Part shown: positions 38,262 to 49,982 of the stretch, in pieces
Layout: the number at the start of each line of letters is the position of its first letter
Numbering within the stretch: position 1 is the stretch's first letter
Source: a bacterium
GTDB lineage: Bacteria; Patescibacteriota; Minisyncoccia; UBA6257; 02-FULL-45-10c
Direction: 5' to 3'
Assembly (NCBI GenBank): GCA_021786945.1
Contig: JAJYMK010000003.1
Location: 240,361-304,360, forward strand
Length of the DNA: 64,000 bases
Made by a program: the position numbers and the translations under genes
Notes under the pieces: generated by a model
Databases searched by the model: none
What the model was told of the DNA's origin: nothing
What the model saw: only the letters and a program-made list of their open reading frames with translations

Positions 38262-39491
38262 TTAATTTTTAAGACAACGGACAGAAAAACCATAATTTTT
38301 ATCATTATTAGTAACTCGAACAACCGAAGAAGAATTAGCGTATAAGTCGCGTTCCAGGGCGTTATTTCCCGATGCAACTGACGCCCACATATTTACAACA
38401 CTTGAACGATTATTAAATAAACCATTTGTACCACGCCACCCAGCAAGAATACCGGAAAAACCAGTCGAATTATCACCATTTAATGTATAAGAAGAGAGGT
38501 GGCTTCCGGCAGGACTACATTGCCAACCAGTACTTATTTCACAGCCAGGAGTTCCTGCCGCATACTCAACAAGAGTCTTCCATTCCGTATCTGTAGGAAT
38601 GTGCCAACCGTTAGGACAGATGCCTTGAGCTCCAATGGTAGTGGAATATTGCATAGCTTCATTCCATTGATAAAGACCGCCGTCGGTTAAACAGTTAGCA
38701 TCCAAATCTGAATAACAATATTTTTCTATCATACCGTTATCGGTTTGATTGGAAACTCCGGCAATTCTTGTCCCAATATTCATATTTTGTGTCATCCAGC
38801 ACTGCGTGCCGATTAACGCAGTTAGATAAGTCTTACCACCATAATTAACTGATGCTGGGCAAACACCTAAGTTTGTATTCAAAGTCAAATCATTCCCCGT
38901 TTCAAATCTGGTTGAAGATGAGCCTCCATCAGATGTAGCACTAGTAGCAAGATATTTGTCAGATTCCATGGTAGCTGAAAGAGCCCAGGAACCGTGAATA
39001 TAGGTATAGTAATAACCATTGGTAGCAGCTGTGGATAGATCGGATGCTTGAATTGGATCTATCGGAAGATTAGAAAAAAGAGTTCCGGCTTGGGATTGTA
39101 TTGAGGTAAGGTCTACGGGTATCCAGCCGGTGCCATCTACATTTCTGTAGCTGGCAGAAGTGGAACAATGATAATTCCAGCCAGTGGAGGTGGCTGTAAG
39201 TTTGCCGTAGTAGGAACCGCATTGAGGATCTGTATCTGGAAGAGAAATATAAATAATATTGCTATTGCCCATAGCATTGCTATTGCCTCCGAAAGCCTGG
39301 AACAACATCAAGGCTTTGTTTATCTGATTGAGTTCCGTGATTCTATTGGCATCTCTGGATTGTTTGACTAACTGAGCTGGGTTTATGACTAAGAGGACTG
39401 TTGTGGCTAGGACTGCTAATATACCTATGACTATGAGGAGTTCTATGAGGGTGAAGGCTTTTCGGGATTTGAATCTTGAATAATATTTCAT
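38262..39491 (-). CDS. Type IV pilin-like protein with C-terminal FISUMP-like (Fibrobacter succinogenes major paralogous) domain
   Basis: The N-terminal class III signal and pilin helix is RKAFTLIELLIVIGILAVLATTVLLVINP. The C-terminal ~190 aa match the FISUMP pattern (GKTY..IG.QCWM.QN ... GLYQWNEAM ... CPNGWHIPTDTEW..L ... NYGFSVRCL). 409 aa. Confidence 0.75.
   Translation of the reverse strand: MKYYSRFKSRKAFTLIELLIVIGILAVLATTVLLVINPAQLVKQSRDANRITELNQINKALMLFQAFGGNSNAMGNSNIIYISLPDTDPQCGSYYGKLTATSTGWNYHCSTSASYRNVDGTGWIPVDLTSIQSQAGTLFSNLPIDPIQASDLSTAATNGYYYTYIHGSWALSATMESDKYLATSATSDGGSSSTRFETGNDLTLNTNLGVCPASVNYGGKTYLTALIGTQCWMTQNMNIGTRIAGVSNQTDNGMIEKYCYSDLDANCLTDGGLYQWNEAMQYSTTIGAQGICPNGWHIPTDTEWKTLVEYAAGTPGCEISTGWQCSPAGSHLSSYTLNGDNSTGFSGILAGWRGTNGLFNNRSSVVNMWASVASGNNALERDLYANSSSVVRVTNNDKNYGFSVRCLKN
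38877..39491. repeat. Dispersed repeat copy A: conserved pilin N-terminal module (about 615 bp)
   Basis: It is about 88% identical at the DNA level to 53923-54537. A more diverged third copy lies at about 43960-44562. Confidence 0.8.
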
Positions 39492-39645
39492 AATAATTAA
39501 ATTAATTATAACAAAAATTCATAAGCAAATTTCAACAATATTAAAAATATTTTAAAAAATTAACTTTTATGGATAAGTTTGAGCAATAAAAAAGCCCTGC
39601 ATTTTAGCAGAGCTTAATTATTTAGTTTTGCGATATTTCCGAGGA

Positions 39646-40071
39646 TTACTTCTCTACCTCAATCCCCATATTACGGGCAGTTCCTTCAATAATCTTCATG
39701 GCAGCCTCAACATCATAAGCATTGAGATCAACCATCTTTCTTTCGGCTATTTTTCTGACATCTTCTTTGGTAACTTTACCAACTTTTTGAGTCAAAGGAT
39801 TGGCAGCGCCCTTCTCTATGCCAGCGGCTTTTTTAAGCAAAGCTGAGGCTGGAGGGGTTTTAAGCTTGAAATCAAAACTCCTATCTTCATAAATGGTGAT
39901 TTCGGCCGGAACAACATCTCCGATCATTTCCTTGGTGGCATCATTAAATTTCTTGCAGAAATCCTGAATATTCACACCGTGAGGACCAAGAGCGGTACCT
40001 ACCGGAGGAGCCGGATTTGCCTTTCCAGCTTCCAACTGTAATTTTAAAATTGTTTTAATTGGTTTAGCCAT
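39646..40071 (-). CDS. rplK: 50S ribosomal protein L11
   Basis: 141 aa, colinear with L11 ([26 protein letters not shown] ...). Confidence 0.9.
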   Translation of the reverse strand: MAKPIKTILKLQLEAGKANPAPPVGTALGPHGVNIQDFCKKFNDATKEMIGDVVPAEITIYEDRSFDFKLKTPPASALLKKAAGIEKGAANPLTQKVGKVTKEDVRKIAERKMVDLNAYDVEAAMKIIEGTARNMGIEVEK

Positions 40072-40133
40072 AATTTTTTAATAATTTATTTTAAACATTC
40101 ATGCGGATAAGAGGTAATATCCGCCTGATCCGT

Positions 40134-40715
40134 TTACACTTTTTTAATCTGTAATGAATCCAGCTCGACAACAGTATCTCTTCCGAAAATTGGGACCAAT
40201 ACTTTTATCTTGCCCTTCTCTTCATCCACCTCGGAAACTTTAGCGTCGTAATCTTTAAAAGGTCCGTCGGTGATTTTAACTACGTCACCAACTCGGATAT
40301 CAACCTTAAACCTTGTTTCCTTATTGCCCATTCTGGCCATTAATACATCAATTTCTTCCTTGGAAAGCGGAACCGGAGTGGTTGAATCCGGGCCTACGAA
40401 ACCAGTAACTCTTGGGGTATTTCTTACAACATACCAGGAATCTTCGGTAAGAATCATGTCAACCAAAACATATCCGGGATAAATCTTTTCTTCAGCTACC
40501 CTTCTCTTACCATTTTTAATTTTAACCTTAGTCTCTTTTGGAACCAAAATATTGAAAATCTTGTCGTTCATAGCCAAAGAATCCACCCTCTGTTTCAGAT
40601 ATCGGGCTACAGCATCTTCATAACCAGAATAAGTATGCACTGCATACCAATGCCTCTCTTTTTTTTCTTCTATCATTTTTTCTTTTCCGGTTGCCGGATT
40701 TTTCTTAAGCTCCAT
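40134..40715 (-). CDS. nusG: Transcription termination/antitermination factor NusG
   Basis: An NGN domain (WYAVHTYSGYEDAV...PGYVLV) and a KOW domain (VGDVVKITDGPFKDYDAKV). 193 aa. Confidence 0.9.
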   Translation of the reverse strand: MELKKNPATGKEKMIEEKKERHWYAVHTYSGYEDAVARYLKQRVDSLAMNDKIFNILVPKETKVKIKNGKRRVAEEKIYPGYVLVDMILTEDSWYVVRNTPRVTGFVGPDSTTPVPLSKEEIDVLMARMGNKETRFKVDIRVGDVVKITDGPFKDYDAKVSEVDEEKGKIKVLVPIFGRDTVVELDSLQIKKV

Positions 40716-40720
40716 ATCTT

Positions 40721-40903
40721 TTAAATAAATAATCCCAATAATTTAGTAAAAGCGTAGTCTAAAGCCCCTAAATAAATAGCAGCTGCCAAAGAAATAAAAA
40801 CGACAATAAGCGTCATTCTAATTGTTTCGGCTTTAGTTGGCCACTCCACCCTTTTAAGCTCTTGCTTGGATTCTTGTACAAAAGCAATAAATTTAGAAAA
40901 CAT
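40721..40903 (-). CDS. secE: Preprotein translocase subunit SecE
   Basis: 60 aa with a single C-terminal TM. The KRVEWPTKAET motif is present. It occupies the canonical secE-nusG-rplK position. Confidence 0.75.
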   Translation of the reverse strand: MFSKFIAFVQESKQELKRVEWPTKAETIRMTLIVVFISLAAAIYLGALDYAFTKLLGLFI

Positions 40904-40964
40904 CTGTTTTGATTTAAATTTAATTATAAAAATTTACCACAAAAAACCAAAAATGTCCAGGAGA

Positions 40965-42938
<1,974 letters not shown>

Positions 42939-43103
42939 TTAAAAAAAGCTATAATCGCCTTTTTTTTATTACAAATTTAAACCTTTTTATATGTAAATTA
43001 TAGCATAAACACACTTAATTAACCAGTAATTTTATGATGATTTTTGTTGACAATTTTTAATATAAAAATTAATCTTCTGGGTAGAACATTAAAGGGGGTC
43101 AAA

Positions 43104-43310
43104 ATGGAAAATAAAGAAGAAAATAATTTCGATATACCTCAGGATTCGAGCTCAAATTCTCCTGTTTCTCACGGGCACAAAGAAAAAGACTGCTGGTGTA
43201 AACAAAACGCCAATAATCCCCTCTGTATCCCCAAAGAAACGCCCAGCGGAACACACTGGATCCGCAGACATATGGATATGAGCGAAATAGCTGATATTCT
43301 CGGTCTTTAA
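43104..43310 (+). CDS. Hypothetical small Cys/His-containing protein (68 aa)
   Basis: An SD (aaggggg) lies 5 nt upstream of the ATG at 43104. An upstream TTGACA ... TATAAA promoter-like pair is present. A terminator hairpin sits at 43320-43346. Confidence 0.35.
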   Translation: MENKEENNFDIPQDSSSNSPVSHGHKEKDCWCKQNANNPLCIPKETPSGTHWIRRHMDMSEIADILGL

Positions 43311-43311
43311 A

Positions 43312-43347
43312 AAAAATAAAACCGCTCATAATGAGCGGTTTTTTTGC
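43312..43347. terminator. Bidirectional rho-independent terminator
   Basis: A 10-bp stem (aaccgctcat / atgagcggtt) with a 1-2 nt loop, between an A8 run and a T7 run. Confidence 0.6.
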
Positions 43348-43350
43348 TGA

Positions 43351-44562
43351 TTAATACGAACAAGCACAACTTGTCTGCCTGTTGCAATTGTAATAACAAA
43401 CAGAAGGAAAACTGCCATAGCTATACCAGCTTGAATACCAATATTTACCGCCGCAATAAACAGACGTACCGCTTATCCAAGAATTACTCGGACAAATTTT
43501 TGAGCAACCATTGAATCCAGAAATAATAGAGCAAACAGTTGTATTAGATTGACAACCCAAAGCAGAAGATGAACCAGCGGAAGCATTATCACTAGCATTA
43601 AAATATTTATATGTTCCTCCCGCAACCCATTGGCAAGAACTATTATATCCATAAGTTGTAGATGTGTAGCCTGGCGAACAAATAGCCGTACCGATACCGC
43701 TTTTATTTCCAATACCATTAGCATTTTTTGCTGCAATCTCATAAAAATAACTCGTGGCTGGATTAATTGTTGTGTCTGAATAAGTTAAAACATCGCCAAC
43801 TTCAATCAAAAAAGTTTCAGGATCGGATAAACTTCCCCTATAAATTTCATAATTAGTTATTGTTGACCCGCCATCATTCAGGGGCGCTACCCAGGTCAAT
43901 ACAACTTGAGAGCTATCTGCCGTTGCCACAACTGTTTGCGGAACAGAAGGCAAAGAAGATCCTCCACCACCACTAGCTAAATTAATATCAAGGGCTAAAT
44001 TATTTCCCAACTCGAACCTTGTATCAGAAACTCCTCCATCGTTAATAGCGGTTGAAGAAAGATATTTATCAGATTCAAGAGTAGCAGAAAGAGCCCAGGA
44101 ACCAGGGATATAGGTGTAGTAGTAGCCGTTGGCTACGGTATTGACTGGATCTATAGGAAGACTGGAGAAAAGAGTTCCGGCAGAAGATTGGACTGAAGAT
44201 AGATTGACTGGTATCCATCCATTGCCGTCAATATTGCGATAATGTTCAAAATCCGAACAATGATACTGACCGCTACTTAAAACCGGGAGACCAAGGTCGG
44301 AACAATCAGCTTGGGCGCTGGGTAAAGATACGTAGACATCTCCATGAGTACCCATACTGGTACTACCTCCGAAGGATTGATACAAAAGTAAGGCGCCATT
44401 TAATTGATTAATTTCTGCTATTCTATTCCCATCCCTGGATTGTTTAACTAATTGAACTGGATTTATAACTAAGAGGGTTGCCGTAGCTAAAATGGACAAA
44501 ATACCAACTACAATCAAAAGCTCAATAAGAGTAAATCCCAAAAAATAATTTTTCTGAAACAT
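43351..44562 (-). CDS. Type IV pilin-like protein with fibronectin type III-like and Cys-rich C-terminal domains
   Basis: The N-terminus is GFTLIELLIVVGILSILATATLLVINP. About 60% aa identity to the other two pilins over the first ~200 aa. A FN3-like block (VVLTWVAPLNDGGSTITNYEIYRGS) precedes a C-terminal ~110 aa holding about 14 Cys. 403 aa. Confidence 0.7.
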   Translation of the reverse strand: MFQKNYFLGFTLIELLIVVGILSILATATLLVINPVQLVKQSRDGNRIAEINQLNGALLLYQSFGGSTSMGTHGDVYVSLPSAQADCSDLGLPVLSSGQYHCSDFEHYRNIDGNGWIPVNLSSVQSSAGTLFSSLPIDPVNTVANGYYYTYIPGSWALSATLESDKYLSSTAINDGGVSDTRFELGNNLALDINLASGGGGSSLPSVPQTVVATADSSQVVLTWVAPLNDGGSTITNYEIYRGSLSDPETFLIEVGDVLTYSDTTINPATSYFYEIAAKNANGIGNKSGIGTAICSPGYTSTTYGYNSSCQWVAGGTYKYFNASDNASAGSSSALGCQSNTTVCSIISGFNGCSKICPSNSWISGTSVYCGGKYWYSSWYSYGSFPSVCYYNCNRQTSCACSY

Positions 44563-44574
44563 TAAAATAAAAAG

Positions 44575-45315
44575 CTATTGATCTTTGTAGTGAACAAAAT
44601 CGAATTTTTCTATATCATAAACAATATTTTTTCGTTCAACCACAATTCTCCATCCGTGTTTTTTGGCATAATCAACTAAAACGCCATCTGGATTAAAAGC
44701 AATTGGTTTTCCGACTAATTCAAGCATGGAAATATCCGTAGCGCTATCACCTACGGCAACCGATTTTTTCCAATCCGGATCTATATTTAAATTTTCTACA
44801 ATCTTCATCAATAACTTACTTTTCTGATTATAGCTGTCTCTCTGTGTAAACTTGTTAGTAAACATTCCATCTTTGACTTCCAAATCACTGCCAAATGCCA
44901 TATCAAAACCCATTCTCTTGGCGAAGTCCTTAACCATAAACATTGGCGAACCTGAAATGGCAATTAAATAATAACCTTGCTTTTTAAGATCTTTAACCAA
45001 ATCTCTGGTGAAACGATAAACTTTTAATTTTTGCTTGGCCATAACCTTCTTTCCCACTTCCAAAACTTCCTTCTTTTTACAGCCCACAATATGCCTGAAA
45101 TAAACTTCAGCAACTTTATTTATATAAGAATCGTAATTTGCAATGCGATTCAGCCAGGCATGATAATCGTCTTCTATTTCATCTTCGGCTTTTTTCAAAA
45201 AAATTCTGTCTTTTACCAAACCATTCACAAGCTCAATAAGCAAAGACGATCTAAAAATTGTCCCATCTATATCAAAAACGGCAATTTTTAATTTTTTATT
45301 TTTTATTTTAGCCAT
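44575..45315 (-). CDS. HAD-superfamily hydrolase (phosphoserine phosphatase-like subfamily IB)
   Basis: Motif I is VFDIDGTI and motif IV is GDSATDISML. 246 aa. Confidence 0.65.
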   Translation of the reverse strand: MAKIKNKKLKIAVFDIDGTIFRSSLLIELVNGLVKDRIFLKKAEDEIEDDYHAWLNRIANYDSYINKVAEVYFRHIVGCKKKEVLEVGKKVMAKQKLKVYRFTRDLVKDLKKQGYYLIAISGSPMFMVKDFAKRMGFDMAFGSDLEVKDGMFTNKFTQRDSYNQKSKLLMKIVENLNIDPDWKKSVAVGDSATDISMLELVGKPIAFNPDGVLVDYAKKHGWRIVVERKNIVYDIEKFDFVHYKDQ

Positions 45316-45327
45316 ACTTATATCTTA

Positions 45328-46497
45328 TCAGATATTGTATTGTTTTTTAACCTCGTCAAAAGCGGATTTATCTTTATCGGCAATAGGTTTACCATCTGGA
45401 ACTTCGATCGTAAACGGATTTACGAATGTCCCAAATTTATGAATTTCATAATGTAAATGCGGACCCGTAGAATTACCGGTAGAACCAACGTAGCCAACCA
45501 CCTGCCCCTGTTTAACAGTAGTCCCTCTTTTTATTCCCTTAGCCAAACCCTCAAAATGCCCGTATACACTAGTATACATATCGTTATATCTGATAGTCAC
45601 GGAAATTCCGTATTGGCCATTCCACCCAGCTTGCGTAACGGTTCCGTCACCTATAGCAACAACTGGAGTGCCATAATTAGCCACCAAATCAACGGCTCTG
45701 TGGGCATGATAATAAGTTTCCGTTACCGGATCTAAACGCTTATAAGTAAAACCAGAACTTATATATTTATACTGTAACGGTGATTTTAAAAATACCTTCT
45801 GAAGAGACTTCCCGTTTTCATCATAATAACCATCTTTATCATCACTTGTTTTAAAATAATATCCGAGATATTGCTGCCCGGCATTATTGAATTTGGCCGC
45901 CAAAATTTTACCTGGCATTACATACCCTCCATTCAAATATCTTTTTTCATAAATAACTTTAAAGCTATCGCCTTTTTGAATATCGCCCACAAAATCTATT
46001 TGCCAAGCAAAAGCCTCGGCCAAAGCAATTGCTAATCTGTTATCGAGTCCCTGCCCAACAATTGTTTCATATAAAGAAGATTCTATTATTCCTTCAGCTG
46101 TAGATACTTCAACCTGATATTCTATCGGTTTTTTTTCAGCTAACCATTCCTCGGTTGAGGTGGATGTATTTTTGACAACAAGTTCTTCTTCGGTATTTAT
46201 ATCATAATCAAGCTCTTTTAAATCGTTTGTATTCTTATCAAAAACAAAAACCAACTCCTTACCCTCTCTTATGTTAGACAAATCATAAACGCCCTTACTA
46301 CTCGAAAAAATTGCCTCAGCTGTTCCGGTTGCAACACCGGCCTGACTGGCAATAATACTAAAAGTTGAACCTGACAAAATCTCTTTTTTTACAATAAAAT
46401 TAGGGTCTTCCTGAACGGTAACGCTGCTTTTCAAAAAAATAAAAACTGATCCAAGAACCACTCCTGTTGCGGCTAAAATTTTTCCTATTAAAGGCAT
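45328..46497 (-). CDS. M23 family metallopeptidase (peptidoglycan endopeptidase)
   Basis: An N-terminal TM helix. M23 motifs HRAVDL ... GSTGNSTGPHLHYEI are present. 389 aa. Confidence 0.8.
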   Translation of the reverse strand: MPLIGKILAATGVVLGSVFIFLKSSVTVQEDPNFIVKKEILSGSTFSIIASQAGVATGTAEAIFSSSKGVYDLSNIREGKELVFVFDKNTNDLKELDYDINTEEELVVKNTSTSTEEWLAEKKPIEYQVEVSTAEGIIESSLYETIVGQGLDNRLAIALAEAFAWQIDFVGDIQKGDSFKVIYEKRYLNGGYVMPGKILAAKFNNAGQQYLGYYFKTSDDKDGYYDENGKSLQKVFLKSPLQYKYISSGFTYKRLDPVTETYYHAHRAVDLVANYGTPVVAIGDGTVTQAGWNGQYGISVTIRYNDMYTSVYGHFEGLAKGIKRGTTVKQGQVVGYVGSTGNSTGPHLHYEIHKFGTFVNPFTIEVPDGKPIADKDKSAFDEVKKQYNI

Positions 46498-46534
46498 ATA
46501 TAAAAACTACTATAAAATACAATCTATGCCAAAT

Positions 46535-48121
46535 CTAGTAATTATAGATGCTTGTATTTGGCTCGATTTGAGGTGTAGAAATTGGGCTAATAGACGATGA
46601 GGACGTAGCTATAAGCGGAACAACAGGACTAACTGTTCCGGAATTAACCCGATTGTCAGTTGGGGTGTTTCCGGGCCCGCACTCTCCCCTAAAGTAAGCC
46701 CATTCCTCACACTTAGATCCATCCGGAAAAATACAAACTCCATATTGACTGCCGTCTATATTTGAAATTATCTGATTTTTATATCCCTGCCTTGCACAAT
46801 AGACTGAGGCCGGGTTGGCAATCCCCGTATTCGTTTCTACGTCTATAACACTTGGCAAAGGCGCTTCTCCGGTATTTTCAGGGTTAATACAAATACTGTA
46901 AGAAATATCAGACCTGTCCTCTTTTAATCCAAAGCAGCACGGCTTATTTACCGGCCCCAACAAAGGATCTCTATTAACTCTTTCCCCGGCCTTTCCGCAT
47001 TCAGGTTCCTTGAAAAGCACGGGAGAAGTTGAAGAAGCTAGAGGAACTTTAATCGCGCCTCCGTCACACTCACCTTTAAATTTAATTACGACTCCAATAT
47101 TTTTTGCCACACATTCGTTAGAATAAGTTTTTCCATCAGCTCCGCATACAGGATTATACTCCATCGTACAAAAACCTTGTTCTGCGGGCCTATTTGATAC
47201 AGCGTTCGTAGAGGATGATACAACTTGATTTTCTATTTTAGGAACAGGCATCATCGCACTCTCTTTTAAATCTTGAATAATGATATTTCTTTGTAAGACA
47301 TCATTTATCGGAACCGCTTGAATCAATTTTTGAACCGTTGAAGATCCGGAAATTTGGCTTTTTTCCGAAATAACCCGATTTAAATTGTCTTCAATTTTTA
47401 GACGCACCTGTTCCAATGCCAATTTAGCTTCTTCTGGAGCATGGGCCTCTATGCTATTTATAATTTCCAAAGATCGAAGATGTTTCAAATCACTTCCTTT
47501 AGAATCCATAAGGGCGGTATCCAAATTAGCCGCAAAACCGATTGGATTCTCTTTGGCTACAATCACAGCCGATTCGTCTATTTGTTTTTTTGCGGAACTT
47601 ACCGCCGCTTGCACATCCTTATTGTCACCGGCACCTAAAGCAATTTCATCCAATACTTTTTCATGTAAAACAACATTATTTGCAACTAAACCTACCAAAT
47701 TTCCAATATCTGGAGTAGAAGATGCAATATTCAAAGACTCAAGGGTATTTTTAAGCTCTTCCTGGGCAGTCTTAAAATTTTCAACTCCTTTTATAATAGC
47801 TAAATTATTGTTCGGAGTTGTCTCCTGAATTTTTTTTGCTTCCGCGGCTTTTTCGTTTACAATACCCAACTCAAGTTTAGCTTTTGACACGGGGTCAAAG
47901 GTTAAAGCCAGTTGAACTTTTCTTTTTAATTCTTTTAAAAAATAAAAAGGGTTGGTCGGTAAAATTCCTGGATCGGAAACACCCAAATCAGAAGCGGAAA
48001 TACTCTCTGCTTTTTGAATAGATTCTGGAGTAATCGCAACTGAATTTGTAGCTGTTTGAGCATGTATTTGGCCCGAAAAACAAAACACAAATAACGATAA
48101 TACTATTATTATTTTTTTCAT
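46535..48121 (-). CDS. Secreted protein with Kazal-type inhibitor-like domain and C-terminal DUF333-like domain
   Basis: A signal peptide (MKKIIIVLSLFVFCFSGQIHA). A Kazal-like segment (CTMEYNPVCGADGKTYSNECVAKNIGVVIKFKGEC). A DUF333-like segment (NPASVYCARQGY...GVCIFPDGSKCEEWAYFRGEC). 528 aa. Confidence 0.6.
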   Translation of the reverse strand: MKKIIIVLSLFVFCFSGQIHAQTATNSVAITPESIQKAESISASDLGVSDPGILPTNPFYFLKELKRKVQLALTFDPVSKAKLELGIVNEKAAEAKKIQETTPNNNLAIIKGVENFKTAQEELKNTLESLNIASSTPDIGNLVGLVANNVVLHEKVLDEIALGAGDNKDVQAAVSSAKKQIDESAVIVAKENPIGFAANLDTALMDSKGSDLKHLRSLEIINSIEAHAPEEAKLALEQVRLKIEDNLNRVISEKSQISGSSTVQKLIQAVPINDVLQRNIIIQDLKESAMMPVPKIENQVVSSSTNAVSNRPAEQGFCTMEYNPVCGADGKTYSNECVAKNIGVVIKFKGECDGGAIKVPLASSTSPVLFKEPECGKAGERVNRDPLLGPVNKPCCFGLKEDRSDISYSICINPENTGEAPLPSVIDVETNTGIANPASVYCARQGYKNQIISNIDGSQYGVCIFPDGSKCEEWAYFRGECGPGNTPTDNRVNSGTVSPVVPLIATSSSSISPISTPQIEPNTSIYNY

Positions 48122-48180
48122 ATATTTAACTAAAAATAGGCTTTAATGATCTACAATGTAATTATAGCAAAATAAGATTG

Positions 48181-49080
48181 CTAAATCCCGCTATTCAATA
48201 ATTCGGAAAAGGCCCCAACACAATCCTTTTTATCTAAAACAATACTCTTTAAAGCAGACAGAAACCAGAATTTTTTATATTTATTGCCAAGAAGACCTAC
48301 CAAGGAATAAATAGACTTATAACCCTCGCTTTCAAGGCAGCAAATGCCTGTTTTCGCCAATTTTTCTCCGACTTCTCTATTCCTAGAAAAACTGCTAAAA
48401 GCCGTAGCGATAAAATCTGACATGCCGGCGTCGTCAAAAACTGTTTTTTTATTTCCGCCCATCTCAACTACCATTTCCGACATTTCTTGGATAGCCAAGG
48501 AAGTAAGCACGCCCTTGGTATTGTTTCCTAAATTAAGCCCATCGCAAATACCCAGACCCAATGAATATATATTTTTTAAAACACCGCAAATAGCCACCCC
48601 TCTTAAATCGGAAGAATATTTTATATTTAAATCCGTGCCTTTAAAAATTTCAGAAATGAATTTAAAGTATTTTTTATTTTTACAGGCAAAAACGGCAAAA
48701 CCTTTTTTGCCGGATGATATTTCTTCGGCGAGCATAGGACCGCTGAGTAAACCAAAAGGCTGGTGCTTATTAAAGCTTTCCCCCAAAACCAAATCCATAG
48801 TTTTCATTTTTTCGGACTCTATCCCCTTGGATAAGGAAACAATCAAAGAATTTTTAGACAAATAACATTCGATATTTTTTGCGGCATCCCTTACGCACCA
48901 AGAAGGAACACATAAAAAAATTATTTCCGCGGAAGAAATAACCGTCTTCAATTTGTATATTTCATCTTTTTTATCCCAAACCCCAATAGACAAACCAGGC
49001 TTATTTTCCAATATTTTATGAATAGCCCTACCAAGCTCCCCGTAACCGATTATGGCTATTTTTTTATTTTTATTATCCAT
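48181..49080 (-). CDS. gpsA: NAD(P)H-dependent glycerol-3-phosphate dehydrogenase
   Basis: The N-terminal Rossmann motif is IAIIGYGELG. The blocks SKGIE, SGPMLAEEI, GVLKNIYSLGLG and SFSRNREVG align with GpsA. Confidence 0.7.
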   Translation of the reverse strand: MDNKNKKIAIIGYGELGRAIHKILENKPGLSIGVWDKKDEIYKLKTVISSAEIIFLCVPSWCVRDAAKNIECYLSKNSLIVSLSKGIESEKMKTMDLVLGESFNKHQPFGLLSGPMLAEEISSGKKGFAVFACKNKKYFKFISEIFKGTDLNIKYSSDLRGVAICGVLKNIYSLGLGICDGLNLGNNTKGVLTSLAIQEMSEMVVEMGGNKKTVFDDAGMSDFIATAFSSFSRNREVGEKLAKTGICCLESEGYKSIYSLVGLLGNKYKKFWFLSALKSIVLDKKDCVGAFSELLNSGI

Positions 49081-49092
49081 TTTTATTTAGAA

Positions 49093-49977
49093 CTAAGGCT
49101 GTAAAGCTGTTTCCGAATTACCGTCAACTGAAATAATTACGCTCCTAACGGTTTTATCGAATGCATAAATGGTTTTAATGATCTGAGCCCGAATAGCCCC
49201 AACTCTGCAAGAACCACCCAAATTATTTTCAATCTCTTTACCAAAATCAACTTTTACCGTAATACCTTCTTTTTCGATGTAATTAATCTTTGAATTTTCC
49301 GGAATACTGGTGTAATAACCAGAATCTCTGTCTTTTTCGCCAACTCCACCAAGAAGAGATTCTATTGCGCCCCTCATTGTTACCGGCTCATTCCCTGAAG
49401 ATTTTATTAACGGAAAAACTTTAATGCAGCTAATTTCCGGATCGAGTTTGTTGTTGGAATAATAAACCTCGTAATAATCTTTTAAATTTCTATCAAAATT
49501 AAGGGGTATTTTTACAACATCAATTTTGCTGCCGTCTTTTGCGGAATAGTCAAAAACTTGGGCCTCGATATTAGTTCCGGCTTCATCGGGAATAGCCGCA
49601 TTTATTTCGAATTGCCCAAAAAGACCCGCATCGGCAGAATTGGCATATGCGGTACCGCTAATAATTTCTTTTTTTGTATTAGCTTCTAAGATAGACCAAT
49701 TTAGCTGATTTTCAAAAACCCTTGCAATTCCCCGAATAACCAAATTCTTTCCCACTTTTTGTCCGGCTAAAGGCGAATTAACAACAATATTGGCTTCTAT
49801 TTTCTGTGCCTGGCCAGGACAATCTTCGGAAGGCTTAATGGAATCAGGATTTCCATGACTTACCCAGTCACCATCAACGCAAATCCAATAATTATCCTGA
49901 TTTAAAAAGCGGATCGCTCCAATAATCAAAACAATTATTAATAGAGACAAAATACCAATCAATATCTTTTTTGCCAT
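49093..49977 (-). CDS. Hypothetical membrane-anchored protein with GerMN/Gmad2-like domains
   Basis: An N-terminal TM, then two beta-rich regions resembling the Gmad2 and GerMN lipoprotein domains. This is a weak, pattern-based call. Confidence 0.4.
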   Translation of the reverse strand: MAKKILIGILSLLIIVLIIGAIRFLNQDNYWICVDGDWVSHGNPDSIKPSEDCPGQAQKIEANIVVNSPLAGQKVGKNLVIRGIARVFENQLNWSILEANTKKEIISGTAYANSADAGLFGQFEINAAIPDEAGTNIEAQVFDYSAKDGSKIDVVKIPLNFDRNLKDYYEVYYSNNKLDPEISCIKVFPLIKSSGNEPVTMRGAIESLLGGVGEKDRDSGYYTSIPENSKINYIEKEGITVKVDFGKEIENNLGGSCRVGAIRAQIIKTIYAFDKTVRSVIISVDGNSETALQP

Positions 49978-49982
49978 TTTTA

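Noticed and set aside
40904-40964. Expected tRNA-Trp upstream of secE-nusG-rplK, and tRNAs in other intergenic spacers (7331-7429, 19376-19484, 22750-22876, 37829-37937, 42918-43103).
   Set aside because: By eye none of the spacers shows a cloverleaf. Specifically there is no acceptor and T-arm complementarity, and no GTTC-like T-loop or CCA. A tRNAscan run would be definitive.
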